From contig JAMDHS010000071.1 of NCBI GenBank assembly GCA_029717555.1, positions 1 through 64,000 of the forward strand: a stretch of 64,000 nucleotides of DNA, read 5' to 3'. The position numbers were made by a program, and so were the translations under genes. Numbering within the stretch: position 1 is the stretch's first letter; every line of letters begins with the position of its first letter. The DNA comes from Peribolospora baueri. Its lineage: Eukaryota. Below the pieces are notes generated by a model that did no database searches, was not told the DNA's origin, and saw only the letters and a program-made list of their open reading frames with translations. This document shows positions 24,730 through 37,666 of the stretch, piece after piece.

Positions 24730-27700
24730 TCATTCAAAGTCCGCCTCCAGATCATGAGCGAGATCGTCCAAGAAGCCGTCGTCGTCATCGTCGTCGTCTT
24801 CCTCCACCCCCTGTGCGGTTTCCTCCCCGCCGGCCCCCTTTCGGGAAGAAGTTACAGAGTCGGCCCCAGACGGAGTCGGAGAGGACGTAGCGTTGCCGTA
24901 CACGTCCTCAGCGCCTCCGCCACTTGCAGAGGTCAAGCTGAAAGAAAGCTTGAGCGGGGATCGTCCTGAGCGGGCCTCAGCCAGCTTCTTGCGCTTGGAG
25001 AGGGGCGAACGGGTCATGTCGTCTCTCTCGTCGTCGCTGGCATTCGCCGACCGTCGGCCATCATCCGACGGCGTACGGGGCCGAGATCGCTTGCCGCTAC
25101 GCGGGGTGGACGGAGCGCTGAGCGTCATAACGACGAGGAAAATCGATAACGATGAGTTGCTACCAGCCATGGCCACATAGCGGGCAAAAAGTCGCACGCC
25201 GACCCACCTTCCTGTGCCGCCGAGCGTCGCGGACCCGTAGCCATCGTCGCCGTCCGTGTCATCGTCTCCGCTCTCGTTCAAGAATTCATCCACCTCACGC
25301 GCCGCGTCAAGCCAGTCCATCCCCACCATGTCTTGACTCCGCCAAGGCGGCTCTCCATCCACCCAGCGCCCCTCCTCGTCCGGGCCTTCTCGAGCGCCGG
25401 TTTTGTTCATAGCTTCTGCCTCCGCACAGTCGTCGCTACTGTCAAACTCGTCATTACTCATCTCAGGGTCGATGAGGTATTCTCTCTCGGGAAGACGCCG
25501 CCAAGCTGCCATCGAGCCCGTGAGCCACGACAACCAGACTACGCGAACAGAAGGGCGCGTCAGAGCTTGATTGACTTTCGAAGTGCCACGCTGTAGAGAG
25601 CCAAAAGGTGATGAATAGATGTGAGTAGATTTTAGACGATATCTCTAGCAACAAGGTGGCCACGCCAAGGCAGACTCACCTTGGTGGCGACGACGTGAGT
25701 GACTTTCGACGACCAGTCCATCTCGCAGGTCGCACCAAACCTCTGCGCTTCAATCCAATATTGGCTCCTGAGAAGAGATGGAATGCGATCAAATAAACGG
25801 AAAGCACGATTTCAGCTGCCTGGACCGCAAGTGGACTAGCTGATTCGTCTCGTCGCTGAGGTGAGCTCACGCTTGCGCGTCTGTGCCCAGAGGGACAACG
25901 CCTGAGAAGAGGATGTGAATGCCCTCAAGGACTCTTCGCTGCATGGAAGGTATCACCTCCTGAGAAAGGACAGACATTGGGAGAAGGCGCACGGAATTGT
26001 CAGCTGTGTGTCAACGTCAGAACCTCGACGGGAGTCGAGCGTTCTCGCTCCGTGCTTACCTTGACATCCGGTTTCGGTCCTGTCGTCGTCTCCAGTGATG
26101 CGTACGCTTCGTACCAAAGGCCGTGAATATTAGAGAGGATCTGCTCACGTAAATCAAAGGGATAGAAGAAGACGGGTAGTCAGCGCGTCCACGAACGGAG
26201 AACGGTCTCGTCTGCCAAAGCTTCATGTGAACGTACCTGCTCAAGACGTTTGAGCTCTTCGTCATCATCTCTTAGCAAGGAGTAGCCTTTCTTTGCACTT
26301 TCCTTCGGTTTAGGCCCTTCGCCCTCACCCTTCGCCTTCTCTTCTCTGGACGCGCCTGTTACCCTTTCTCCTTCCTCCATCCTTTCTAGCTCTGCCTCCG
26401 AAGAGTCTCCTTTCAGCTCTGAAGAGCTTCCTTCCCCGTCGGCCACGTCATCGGAGCCATTTAAGCTCGCATCGAGCTCTTCCTGCATCTTGGCCAGCGG
26501 CCGCGCATCGCGCTGCTCGGACAGGGCAAGCGTCTGTGAGCGTTTGAGGGCCGCTGTAACCTGGTCAGTGGAGACCTCTGTCGAGGTAGAAGAGGTATCT
26601 GTGTACCGCATCGTACCGGCAGGATGAGGACGTCAGAACGCGTTCTTTTGGAGTATCTCCTTACTTCCGAAGGTAGACTCACCGCTTCCTTCCACCTCTT
26701 CCGTTCTTGTCTTCCCAGCGTCGCCTTTCCCATCCGTCCCCTCGTCTTCTCCATCCTCTCCGTCACCTTCCGCTTCGGTCTTCTTCTCCCCCTCGTCCGA
26801 AGACGCCCCGGGCAATATCATGTGGGCGGACGTCTGTCCATTCGGCAAAAACGTGGCGTTGATGTCGCCAATGCCGACGAAAAAGTCGTACGGAAGGACG
26901 CGAACCAGGTTGGGCGACCAGCCCCAGACGTCCGCGCGGTCATCGATGATGACCACCATGCTCGTGTCCACGGGGAATAGGCGCTTGAGGGACTTTTGTG
27001 TGAGGCCTGGCGGGGGACGAGGAAGAGAGATGCATATCGCTAAGCACGAGTGTCCCCAAACACGACCAATCCTTTATCTTCAGTCGACAGGCTACTTACT
27101 TCCACTTTCGTCCCTGCTCAGTATTCGGTTGCCGAAGAACTTGCCATCGGGATCGACAATGTTGCAAACTGAAGTTGCGTACGATCGGGTGCCCATGGTG
27201 TAGACGTGCATCTCGAAGATCTCCGACATGCGCTCCAGAAAGTCTAGCAGTCCCGGTCTATCACCCAAAAGGAGAGAGGTCAGAGAATGATCTAAATGGG
27301 ATGATGCAAAAAGACAGCGACGGCTCACCTCATCTTTACATAGTACCAGCACCCGCCCTCATCCTTCTTTTTTTCCTTTTGTTTTCCTTTGACTTTTCCG
27401 GCCTCGCCTTGCGCCTCCGCATTTTCTTCCTTCTCTCCGTCTCCTAGTTTCGTCTCCTCGCCGCCCTCCGCTTCTGCTGCCTCCTGTCCCTTCTCAGCCT
27501 CTCCCTCCTTCTCTTCGTCCGTCGGCTCAACTATGGCAGTCCCGTCCATGCCAAGTCGAAACTTTCCCACACCCTTGAGTGCTTCATAATTGGGGTTGTT
27601 CGGATCCTCCATCCACTCTCCAACGGTAGGGTCCACGGTGGCGTGTACTATCGTCTGGTCGAGATCCACGATGAGCGACAGCTTGCGACTGGCGAGCAGG

Positions 27701-28595
27701 CGCGAAGTCGTCTCATTCTCGAGACGCCTTGCTTCCTGTTTCCATGCAAAAAAAAGCAATTGTGGACGTAAGGACGGAGGTAACGGTGAAATGTCAGCGA
27801 TGCACGCAGAAGGCCGAAGCAACACGTCTCCAGATGCTCACCGCCAGGTTCACGGTGACGCCTGCTGAATCGTGGGTCATAGAGATGGAAGCCTGGAGGG
27901 AGAAGCCAGTGTAATCGGAGCTGATACGTGGGATATAGCCAGCATATGAGGTCAGCCAGATCATAAGCGGTCTTTCTCGTCGCGCGCCCATTCCATCGTT
28001 CCTTCGGGCTCCCCAAAAGGAAAAGAGAAGGGCACTCACCCCGACACATCCTGTCCGCAAACCGCACACATCCCTCCAAGCTGAACGGGATGCGTGCACG
28101 GCTCTATCACAGAGACGATGGGTTGGCTGCTCGGCGTCCGGGGCGGTAGGTTCCAAAGGGGGCCGCGGGCAAGGGTGGATATGTCAGCTCGCTGGTGAAG
28201 GAAGATGAAATAAAACCCACAGCCTTCCAAGGCGGTCCAAGCATACAAGCCGTGACCCACCTAGCAGACCGGACGACATCCCCCTCCCGAACGTGCCAAG
28301 TGCTGATGGTGCCTTCTACGGGACTCTCCCAAACGCCATTCTCCCTCCGCTCCTCCGTCTCCTCCACCACCTGTATGTCCATGCCCCCCACACGACGCGT
28401 GACGGTGGCCTTTCGTGCTGGGACAGTCCATTGGTAGGAGAGCAGAGGGGCGTGTTTGTCGATCTGGGCGGTGGGGCGGTGGGATGTGCTGGGTCCGGTA
28501 ATGGCAGAGGAAGGGGAAAGGAGGCGAGTGATGGTAATCGGGAAGGGGAGATGGGGTGGTAAGCGGAGCACGGTTTCCTCTGGCGGTGGGTCCAT
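24730..28595 (-). CDS. FCP1: RNA polymerase II CTD phosphatase Fcp1
   Basis: N-terminal WESPVEG..EPCTHPVQLGGMCAVCG. Catalytic LSLIVDLDQTIVHAT, YYVKMRPGL, EMHVYTMGTRSYA, RILSRDESGS, MVVIIDDRADVW and PYDFFVGIGDIN. BRCT-end WL..W.RLPEREY and an acidic tail. Confidence 0.95.
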
Positions 28596-29176
28596 GCTGC
28601 TGACGACGGGCAGATAGATCGCCGGGGACGCGTTAGGTGAGGCACGCGAAGTCAGAGGCACGTCGGCGCGCAGTCCTCGGTGGGTTCGTCGGCTGTGTGG
28701 TGTTGGAACGAGTTGCCTTGCGGTTCGCTCTTCGTGCGCTTGCAATAGGAGTAGAGCTGGGCTATGGAGGACGGGCGATGACGGGGTTGGTGGATGGGCG
28801 ATGACGAAAGGTGAGCGGGGACCAAACGGAGAGAACGACCGGGTCGTCTCGAGTGATCGGACTGCGGCAAACAGTGCGAGAGCGAGCCAAGCCAAGTTCG
28901 GCGGAAGGGGGAAGATGGAAGGGAAGATAGGGCGGGACGTGTTTGCCCCCCCCTCTTGCCTCATTCTCTCATCTCTCAGCTCTCATCTCTCCCCAGGCTA
29001 GCGCTGCCGGGCGACGTAGGACCATGCATTCTCGACGTGTGGCATAGGGTGCGAGAGGAAACAGTAGTACATAGAACAAGACACACGGCCGCAATGCCAG
29101 CCTACACAGTCCGCGACCCCACACGGCAAGTGGAGCAGCTCCCAGGAAAGAGGCGACAGTCGGATGGATAGGGCTT

Positions 29177-30131
29177 TTATGCCTTAAGAACGAAGCGGGT
29201 CCTGAAGAAAGCGAACGAGAACGAAAGTCCGCATAGACGAGGCCACTGTGAGACCACAAACCACTTCGAGGCGACTCTTTACGTCGAGAAAGCCAGATGG
29301 AACACTCACTGCCCGAAGTGGATGTCCTTCTTCCTCTGCCTCTCCGTCTTCTGCTTCAGCTCGTGCTAAAATGGAATACGCGCCATTAAGGCACCAGAGT
29401 CAGCCCATCGCCTTAAACCTAACGCCCTCGACGCTGACAACCATGTCTCCCTTCCGGGTACGACAGCATTTTGTCGCCTCCGTCTGCCCTCCGCAAGAAC
29501 CGGACACCTCAACCCACCTTGGTGAGCCTCCTGCGGATGGCACGAGTCTTCTTGTGGCGGAGGTCGAGGGGCAAGTACTTCTTGTTCTTGTAGTACTCGC
29601 GCAGGTTCTGCCGCTGCTTCTGGTTCATCACCGTCAGCACGCGGGCGATGCTCTTGCGGACCGTGGAGCTGGTAGGCGACAAGCAAGACGAGAGCCGGGA
29701 ATGACGACGCATAGGGAGGGGACAAAGAATGAGCGCATCTGCTAGTCACTCTCGGTCCGAGTCGAGGTACCCTATGCCCACTCACATCCGAGTAAGCTTG
29801 GACGCAGCACCACCAGCGATCTTCTGCACCCGCAGCTGGAGCAGCTCCTGCTTGAGCTCCTCCTGCGTCCGACGACGGAAAAAGGCGCAATACAAAAAGA
29901 AAACACGCTCAACCGACCATCCCAGGTGTCTGAACTCGCAGGGACGAATAGCGAAACGCCCACTCACGAGCTGCTTGGTGAGGTCCGCCTTGCTCTTGGA
30001 CTGGAGCTCGTAAGCCTTGACCTTGGCCTGCAGTGGCAGGGCGTGTAAGGCGACGGAGGAGAAGCCAGTCAGTCAAACGATCCACACACAGCCGTCCAGG
30101 ACTCTGCTCCAGACGCGATGACACCGACCAT
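29177..30131 (-). CDS. RPL35: 60S ribosomal protein L35 (uL29), 6 exons
   Basis: Spliced [46 protein letters not shown]..|[76 protein letters not shown]. Confidence 0.97.
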
Positions 30132-30302
30132 TTTTGTCGTTTGTCGAAAGTCTTGAGGGGAGGAAAGGTGGAAAGTATGGGTCAGGCTCCGCCTTGGACA
30201 CAAACCCGAAGACGGGCTGACGCGGCATTCACCGGGGATGCGCGGAGGAAGCGCCACGCTGCACGCTTCGCCTCGACTGCACAGTTCGAGAATGAAACAT
30301 GA

Positions 30303-30315
30303 CCCTAACCCTAAC
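30303..30315. promoter_or_regulatory. Tandem telomere-type repeat (CCCTAA)2C, telo-box-like element upstream of RPL35
   Basis: CCCTAACCCTAAC lies about 170 bp upstream of the RPL35 ATG. Confidence 0.45.
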
Positions 30316-30998
30316 TTCGTGTTAGAGTGGCCCGTGAGCGCGGCCTATGTTACCATATCCACCGACAGGCTGGCTGTTCGAAGTGCATGGCCCGCGGCAT
30401 CGGAGGTGGCGCCGACTCGTTCAGAATGAGCTTGCGACTTTTGAATGCGGACAGAGCCGTTGGAGGGAGGAGAAGTGAAGCCGTCGGGATAGTAGGCGCC
30501 ATGGCCCACCGCTGGCCGGCGCCGTCGATTTGGAACTCGGTTTGGAACGGTCCGAGGCAGAGGAGGGAGGGGGATGTTCTAAGATTACTGCTCGATTGAG
30601 TGCAGTCATGCTCGACTTTCCATTACGAATTCCGAATTCAAGAAAGTGGGTAAAAGGTACCATTACACAGACGGTCGACGAAGAGCGGGGGATGAGCAAA
30701 GGCGAACCAATTCCATCCAAGACAAGAGAGCAAGGGCAGATCGACAAAGATGGGGAGGGGGGTGGAATCAAGCCTCGCCAGGTTTGCGCGAAAACGCCGT
30801 GGTGAGGGGCGAGAAAATAGTACAAAGACGAAAAGTTTGGATGGATAGATGAGACCGGAAGAAGGGCAAATTAGAAGCGTATGATGAAATCGTCGTGATC
30901 GTGCAGGACATGAAGTCGTAGAAGGCTGTCCCATGGCATTGATGCGTGTCCAGCCAATCGCCCTTCCAACTACTTTTTCTGCTCTAACAATCCGTACC

Positions 30999-33900
30999 TC
31001 ATTTCTCCCCCTCCTGGCCATCCTTTTTCTCCGCTCCCGCCCCTTCTTCGCCTGATGCCGCCTTCTTCAATCCCGCCTTGCTGACCTTCTTTTTGATGCT
31101 GTTGCTTCGCTTCGTCGTCGTCGCTCCGCCGCCGGTGGCCGTCAAGCCAGCAGACGCTGCCGCCCCGCTGGCTGAGCCCCCGCCCGCCCCACTGCCACCC
31201 GTACTCGCAGCGGGGGACGTCTCTGCGGACCCGCTGACGGTTACGGGGCCGGAAGTGCCGGTATCACCGGGCATGGTCATAGGTCCGTCTTCGGCCGCGA
31301 AGGGATGGGCGAGCAGGTCCTTGGCTTCCGGCCGCGCTTCGTGGTCGCTGTGAGCGGGTCACAGGCCACATAAGGAGGCCAGGAAGGGTAAGCAACAGCA
31401 CTAAACAAGGCCCCACAAAACCAAAAAAAGACCCACATCTCGAAAATTTTGGCCAAAAAGTCGACGGCCTCCTCAGAGATGTCCTCCGGGTTCTCTGGAC
31501 GAGGAGCGGTGGAGCCGATCTTGAAGATGGCCTGCATCTGATTGAGTTGGGGCCAGGGGTGGTTCCCGGTGAACATTTCCACGACGAGACAACCAAGGGA
31601 CCAAATGTCGGCTTTGCGCGTGTACGAGGTCTGCTTGATGACTAGAGGGGATGATAAGGTATGGGGTTAAGGACTTAGGGTTCGATGATGGGACATTGCA
31701 GATGACATACGCCTTACCTTCCGGTGCCATCCAAAAGACTGAGCCTTGAAGGGAAGCCCGGCTTTTGCTAGAGTTGAGAAGATCTGACGAAGACGAATTG
31801 GACGTTAAAAACCGATCGGCCACCATATCGCCGTCGCCGAGTCCCATTATGCATGACTCACTGTGCTCGACCTTCTTTGAAATGCCAAAGTCCGAAATCT
31901 TGACGCCGCCCCGGTCATTGACGAGGATGTTGGCACCCTTGATGTCCCGGTGCACAATGTTGCGCTCGTGCAAATAGGATAAGCCAGCAAGGATCTGGCG
32001 CACGAACTTGCGCACCAAAGTTTCCTCAAATGCGCCGTAGTTGCTGAGGAGGGCAACGACGCTGCCTCCAGGGACGTATTCCAGGAAAATGTTGAGGTGA
32101 GTTTCGTCGGAGGCCGAGTCTGCGAAAGTGAACGCAAAGAGCGTGAAAAGCCGTCAGTCGTCGCGCCGTCGTGGAAGGCCACATCTCAGCAGAAAAGAGC
32201 GAGCTAGGCCACCGTCTCCAACGCTCACCATAGTACTGTACGATGTTGGGATGCTGAAGCTCTTTGAGCAACTCTATCTCCCGGTCGAGGGCCACGAGCA
32301 TACTCCTCTTGCGCTCCTCGTTGGGCGCCCAGCTCGTGGGCAGCTCGACTTGCTTAACAGCCATGAGCAGGCCGTTCATGGCGTTCATGGCAAGGAAGAC
32401 ATTGCCGAAGGATCCATGGCCGATCAGTGCGCCTTTGATCCACTTCATGGGAGATTTACCTGCAGCGACGGGGAAAAGAGGATAACCGTATCAAGCTTAG
32501 CCTTCCTACACCAAACCCGCGAATGGACGACGCGCGACCCCGAACTCCATACTCACCCTTCCGAACTCCAAGGGTTCCCGCCTGTCCATCTTCTCCCTCC
32601 TTCACCTCCTCCTCTCCCTCCTCTCCCTCTTCCTCTTCCTCTTCCTCTTCCTCCTCTTCCTCTTCGTCTTCGTCGTCCAGCTCACTCGCCACCGCCGCCT
32701 CCACTTCTTCTTCCTCTTCTTCTACCTCCTCCTCATCCTCTGGCACGCCTTGCTTGGCCTCGTCCGCCTGAGCGGCGCCGTCATCGACCTTCGGCGCAGC
32801 TCCAGGGCCGAAGGCTTCGTCTGTTCCGTCCTTATTTCCCTCGTCGCCCGTGTCCTCAAGCTGCTCGACACGCTTGGGCGAGATGAGCGGCAAAGCGTCG
32901 AGGTCCTGATGCTGTCGTCGGAGCGATGCTTCCGTGCTCCCGCGCCTGCCCGCGGACGACGCCCGACTCCGGGGGCGCCCAATCGCCGACGCGGCCTCGT
33001 CGAGCGCCTCGGCCCGAATGGAACCGGGAGGACTGGCGATGCTCGCCCTCCTGCTCTCGACCTCCTGAGTGATCTCATCGACGGTGAGCAGACTGCTTGT
33101 ATCGCTGTTCTTTCTCACCGGGTTAGGGATGCGGACAACGCTCTTCTTGCTGGCGTTGCTCGTGCGTCTGGTCAACGAAGCGGAAGGGAGGAGGGAGCTT
33201 GCAAACTCCGACTGGCCCACTTCGAGCGGGGGTAGCACTGGCGGCAGATCCGACCGCCGCTTGCTGTCCCGATCCGCTGGGGACTCCTCGTCGATGCTAT
33301 CATCGGACACGTAGCCTTCTTCGTGGATGGGCGTAGCGGGCTCGACGGCAACGGTGTGATCACCACCCGACTCAGCGCTCTCCTCAATCGAGCTTCCCAC
33401 CGAGCTCTCGATGCTGAACCGGCTTTGTCCGGCCGTAGCCGCGCCAGGGGTAAGTCGTCGATTGCTCTCTCCGCTCAAGCGCTTAAGGCCCTTAACGCTC
33501 ATGCTGTTCCGTGCGGCGCGCTCGAGTGCCCTCTTCTCCGTGAAGGGGAAGTAATCCGCCAAGTGGCTGCTGATCAGCTCGCTCGGCGGTCGCTGGCCAA
33601 AGAAGTTACGCAGCTTGCGCCCAGGGAGGAAAGAGGGAGACTTGGGCGGCGGTGCATCCGCTGCGGAGGTCGCGCCCGTTGACACGCCTCCCGTCACCCC
33701 ACTCGGGCTGGCGACATCGATATGAGGACTGCCGACGGCGCCCAGGCCGGACATGATGCTGATCATGCTCGCCCTGTTCGGCTTCCTCGGCCTAGGTGGA
33801 GGCTCCTCCCCAGACATATCTCCTTCGGACGGATAAAGCTGGCGGGCGCCAGGACTGGTGGGACTGCGGCCATCGCCGGAGCCCGTGGTAGAAGGCGACT

Positions 33901-36131
33901 TGGGAGGCGGGCGCTCTCCGAAGAACGCTTCAAGCTTTCGGTTGCCGTTCTTGTTGCGGAAAGCCTCAGAGCTCAGCGGCTGGTGGATACGACGGAGAGT
34001 GAGACCGCGTTCGCGCTGAGGGTCGTTGGGTGCAAGCGAATGGCAGATAGCCATGACCTCCGAATCCGAGAGTGCCTTGGCTGCGGGGGTGGATGACGAA
34101 TAAGATGAAAAACGATCAGCCCTTGTACAGCAAAAGAACTCCAATTTGTGTCGAACGGAGCGAACCAACGGGGATTAAATACTCACTCTGGCCATCACTA
34201 CTAGTGGCAAAGATGCCCCAACCCTCGAGTGCGCTCAAATCCACCTCGCCCGCGTGCGGGGGTAGCTTCCCAAACTTTTTGAGCACGCGGATGAGGACGT
34301 CCGCAGAATCCCTGCAGTCGCTCACATTCACGATCCGGCTGTTGCCGTCTTCGCCTATGAACTTGAGCGTCCGGCGCTTGAGGTCCTCGATCGACAGCGC
34401 GGTCGTGGCAGCTGCGGCGCCGCTCACGAGTGGGTTGACGGACAGCATGAGCGGGTTTCCGGTCAAGCCGGAAGAGGTGGCCGGACGACCGCCGGGGCCG
34501 GAAGGGGTAAGAGGGCGGGTAGAGGAGAAGGCACCTCGGCCGACGGAGTAGCCGGCAGAGGGAGAAGCGAGCGACGTGCTCGTCGTGGGGCTTCTGGCGA
34601 AGACGCTCTCCGCGATCGGACTCAGCGCCGCCGAGCCAAGCAGGCTAGAATGGGAGTAAGGGCTCGCGCCCGACGAAGTAGACGGACGGTCGCGTGAGGT
34701 GCTGCCAACAAATGATGTGGCTGTAGGGCTCGTGTCGCTCCCGCTGCTGTTGCCGCCAGTGGCGTAAGGATGCAAAGATGTCTGGGCCGTGTTGGGTCTG
34801 CGTTCGCCAAGCCCTCCAATGAAACCACGGGAAGAGTTCTTGCGATGGTGTTGCTGCTGGCTGGCTCCTCGGACATGTCCGGGGTCGTTAGGGGCGCGAG
34901 GCAACCCATACTCGCCCGTCCAACCACCATTGCTGGTCGAAGAAGGCGGGGCTGGGAGCGGCTGTGAAGTGTAGGCGGGCGGCTCCGACGTCCCCATGCG
35001 ACCTCGAGAACCGGCACCGAGCGCCGATGGAGGCTGGAGCCGCTTCGGCCCGCCAGGTTGACTTCCAATCGCGCCTGGGCGCACGGAGGAAAGGCTGTCC
35101 TTGGGCGGAGGGACAGGGTTCATCCTTGTCGAACCTCTGCCGCCAGTGGCGCCCGTAGCCGTTCCAGGTCGTGCGGAAAGGCCGGACGCAGGAGGCTGGT
35201 AGGCTTGTGGCAGACCTCGAGCAGCGGACTGGGCAAGGTCAAGAGGGGGAGGCACTCGCCGGCCCGTGCTGGTGGGAGCGGTGGAGGGTCGGTCATTGCC
35301 GTTGGTCAGCGCGGCAAAGCGCGCAGCAGCGGCCGTAGGCGCCGAGGGCGACTCCTGCGCAGCTTCGAATCGACCGTCCCTGGCGGATTTGGGCGTGACG
35401 GCCGTCCGGGTATTCCTCGCAGAGGAACCCTCACGGCACTGCTGCCTGAGCTTCTTGATCGCGACGGTGATCCTGATCCTGTCTCCGACGCTAGACACTC
35501 CCATCTCCTTGAGTGCTGACTGGTCGACATCGAAAAGGATAGGTCCAGTGATGTCGTTTGCTGCGAAGACAGAGGCGTACGCGCTGCAACGATTCATGTT
35601 CAGGAACTCAGCGATCTCTATGTGGCCCCATCGTTTGACTGCCAAGTGAAGAGAGAGAGGCGTGTCATGAGCGAAGAAACAGGGAGACAGAGAGACAGAG
35701 AAGCAAATGGGAGAGTGCGATATCAAGACCTCGAACGGCCACCTACCTTCGTCCCAGAGGATGGTTCCTCCCACGACGCTGGGACTAGGAGGGACACTAC
35801 CCGGCGCGCCGCCGAGTCCATTGAGCGCGCCGGCAGCCGTATGTGGCCTCTGACCGGGCAAACCATTGGATCCCGGGCTCGAGCTGAGCGCGCCGGCACC
35901 CAGTCCGCTGAGACTGGCGGCCGCGTGAGCGAGGCTATCCCTGGCCGCACGGTGATAGTGATGGTCTGCGCCGGAACCGGCGATGCCGGAGCCGTTGAGA
36001 AAGGTAGGCGACGTGGGGGTGCCAGCCTTGCTATTGGTCGGTGAAGGGCCTTGAGATTGAGGGTAGTCGGCCGCGGTGGACGACAGGCCGACGCCTAGCA
36101 CGCCGCCAGCCGAGGAGTTCCCGCGGGGCAT
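30999..36131 (-). CDS. STE11: MAP kinase kinase kinase Ste11 (SAM + Ras-association + kinase)
   Basis: SAM domain ([48 protein letters not shown]) and RA domain ([21 protein letters not shown]). Also [21 protein letters not shown]. Kinase motifs [31 protein letters not shown] and GSVFWMAPE. Start assigned to the first in-frame ATG (MPRGN). Confidence 0.95.
32590..32740 (-). repeat. Coding GAG/GAA low-complexity tract (poly-Glu linker just before the Ste11 kinase domain)
   Basis: (CTC/TTC)n run on the + strand encoding [38 protein letters not shown]. Confidence 0.8.
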
Positions 36132-37666
36132 GACGGCGTTGTGCAAGGATGGCGACGGGATTCAGTGGCGAAGAGGTAGGCGGCGGCTTGGTCAGGACAG
36201 GATAAGCATCGCCCGCACGGGTCCGTGCAGGTCGACTCGAGATTGCGACGTGAGTGGGATTGGGGAAGACAGTGGAGGGCGAATAGCGCGCGTCGGTCGA
36301 ATTGGTTCCAAGTTGCCGACGGCCATAGACGACGCGCGGTGCTGCCCTCGGTTCTCCCTCTTTTCCTTCTCGAGCTGTCGAAATTCCAATAATCCCCACA
36401 GCTTCGCGACAAAAGCTGGCAAGTCGACGGACCCGCTCGGCGAGCAGGGAAGACAGCTGAGGCAAGCGGAGGGGGTGGTGGAGCTAATAGTTCGCCGTCC
36501 CACTACGGGCCCGGGCGCTCATCTCCGGGCGCCGCCTACCGCAGCACCGCCTTTGTCCCGATTCGTTTGCCGCAGCACAGTTGGACTTGGATTCCAATTT
36601 CAAATCTCGAAATCGTACGGCCTCGTTGGCGACGGGCTGAGCCAGCCATGCCATCGTTCATACACTAGAAGGGGTGGAGAGGATGGTGGAGGAGACAGAG
36701 GGGCGAATGGCGCGAGCAGGCTGGTCCTGGACCGGGTGCTGTACGGAGATCGCGTGAGACTTTCAATGAGCTGCGAGAGAGAGGACAGCGAGAGTTTCCT
36801 GCGACAGTCGTTGCCAAGGGACAGAGCTGTTGCAGCTTTGTGTCACCAGAAACGTATGGACCCTGACCACACTGCCTTCGCAGACGGTGTGGTACCAGGA
36901 GAGGCATCCTGCAGTGAGAGGAAGTGGGGTAATGCAGAGGACGAGAAAACATGGACGACGGCGCTCACGACATGGGAGCAGCACCGTAAACAAGAGCCGC
37001 GACAAGCAGTCTCAAAATCAATACCGTATCGCTTTTTCTTGCCCGCAAAGACTCGTGCGGTGGCCAAGTCGAGCTCAGCTCTTTTTTTTTTCGGTGAGCA
37101 CGTCAGACCAGACCGATTGGTGCTATTACAAAGCTATACATCACCCCATAACGTCAGAAACCTCGCTCAACCGAAGTTAATCACGTCCTCATCGACCTTC
37201 ACGACGAGCTTGGCCTATCCGCTTTCCAGTCTCGACGGGGTAGTAGTGCCCCTCGATGGTCAACGGAGAGCTGCCGACGCACGTTCACCGGGCACATTAC
37301 CTTTCTAGTTTCCACAACCCACCACCAAGCACAGCCGTCGATCCCGTTTGCCCGACTCAGCGCACCCACCGAGCCGGGCATGTCTCGGCTCTCGCTCCCG
37401 TACGACCATGGGCTCACCTTTGGCACGCAAAGAGGTAAGATGGCGCGCTGGGCGTAAAAGAGGTTGTGGAGGCGTTCGAAGGTTAGCACGAACAGAGGCG
37501 AATACGGACTATCACCTTGCATCTGTGAATTGAACCAATGGAAGGAGGCATCTTATATTCATACCTCGGCTGGCGTCACCGTTGACGAGAGGCCCGTGCG
37601 CCGCAACTGCGCCGCAGCTCGAAGACTCTCCGAGGCAGCTCGTCGACTGCCAAGGTCACTTGCTTC

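Noticed and set aside
37395..37425. ACCATGGGCTCACC resembling the RNase MRP CR-V motif
   Set aside because: No matching CR-I (GAAAGTCCCC-like) motif upstream. The sequence is better explained as the reverse complement of a splice donor.
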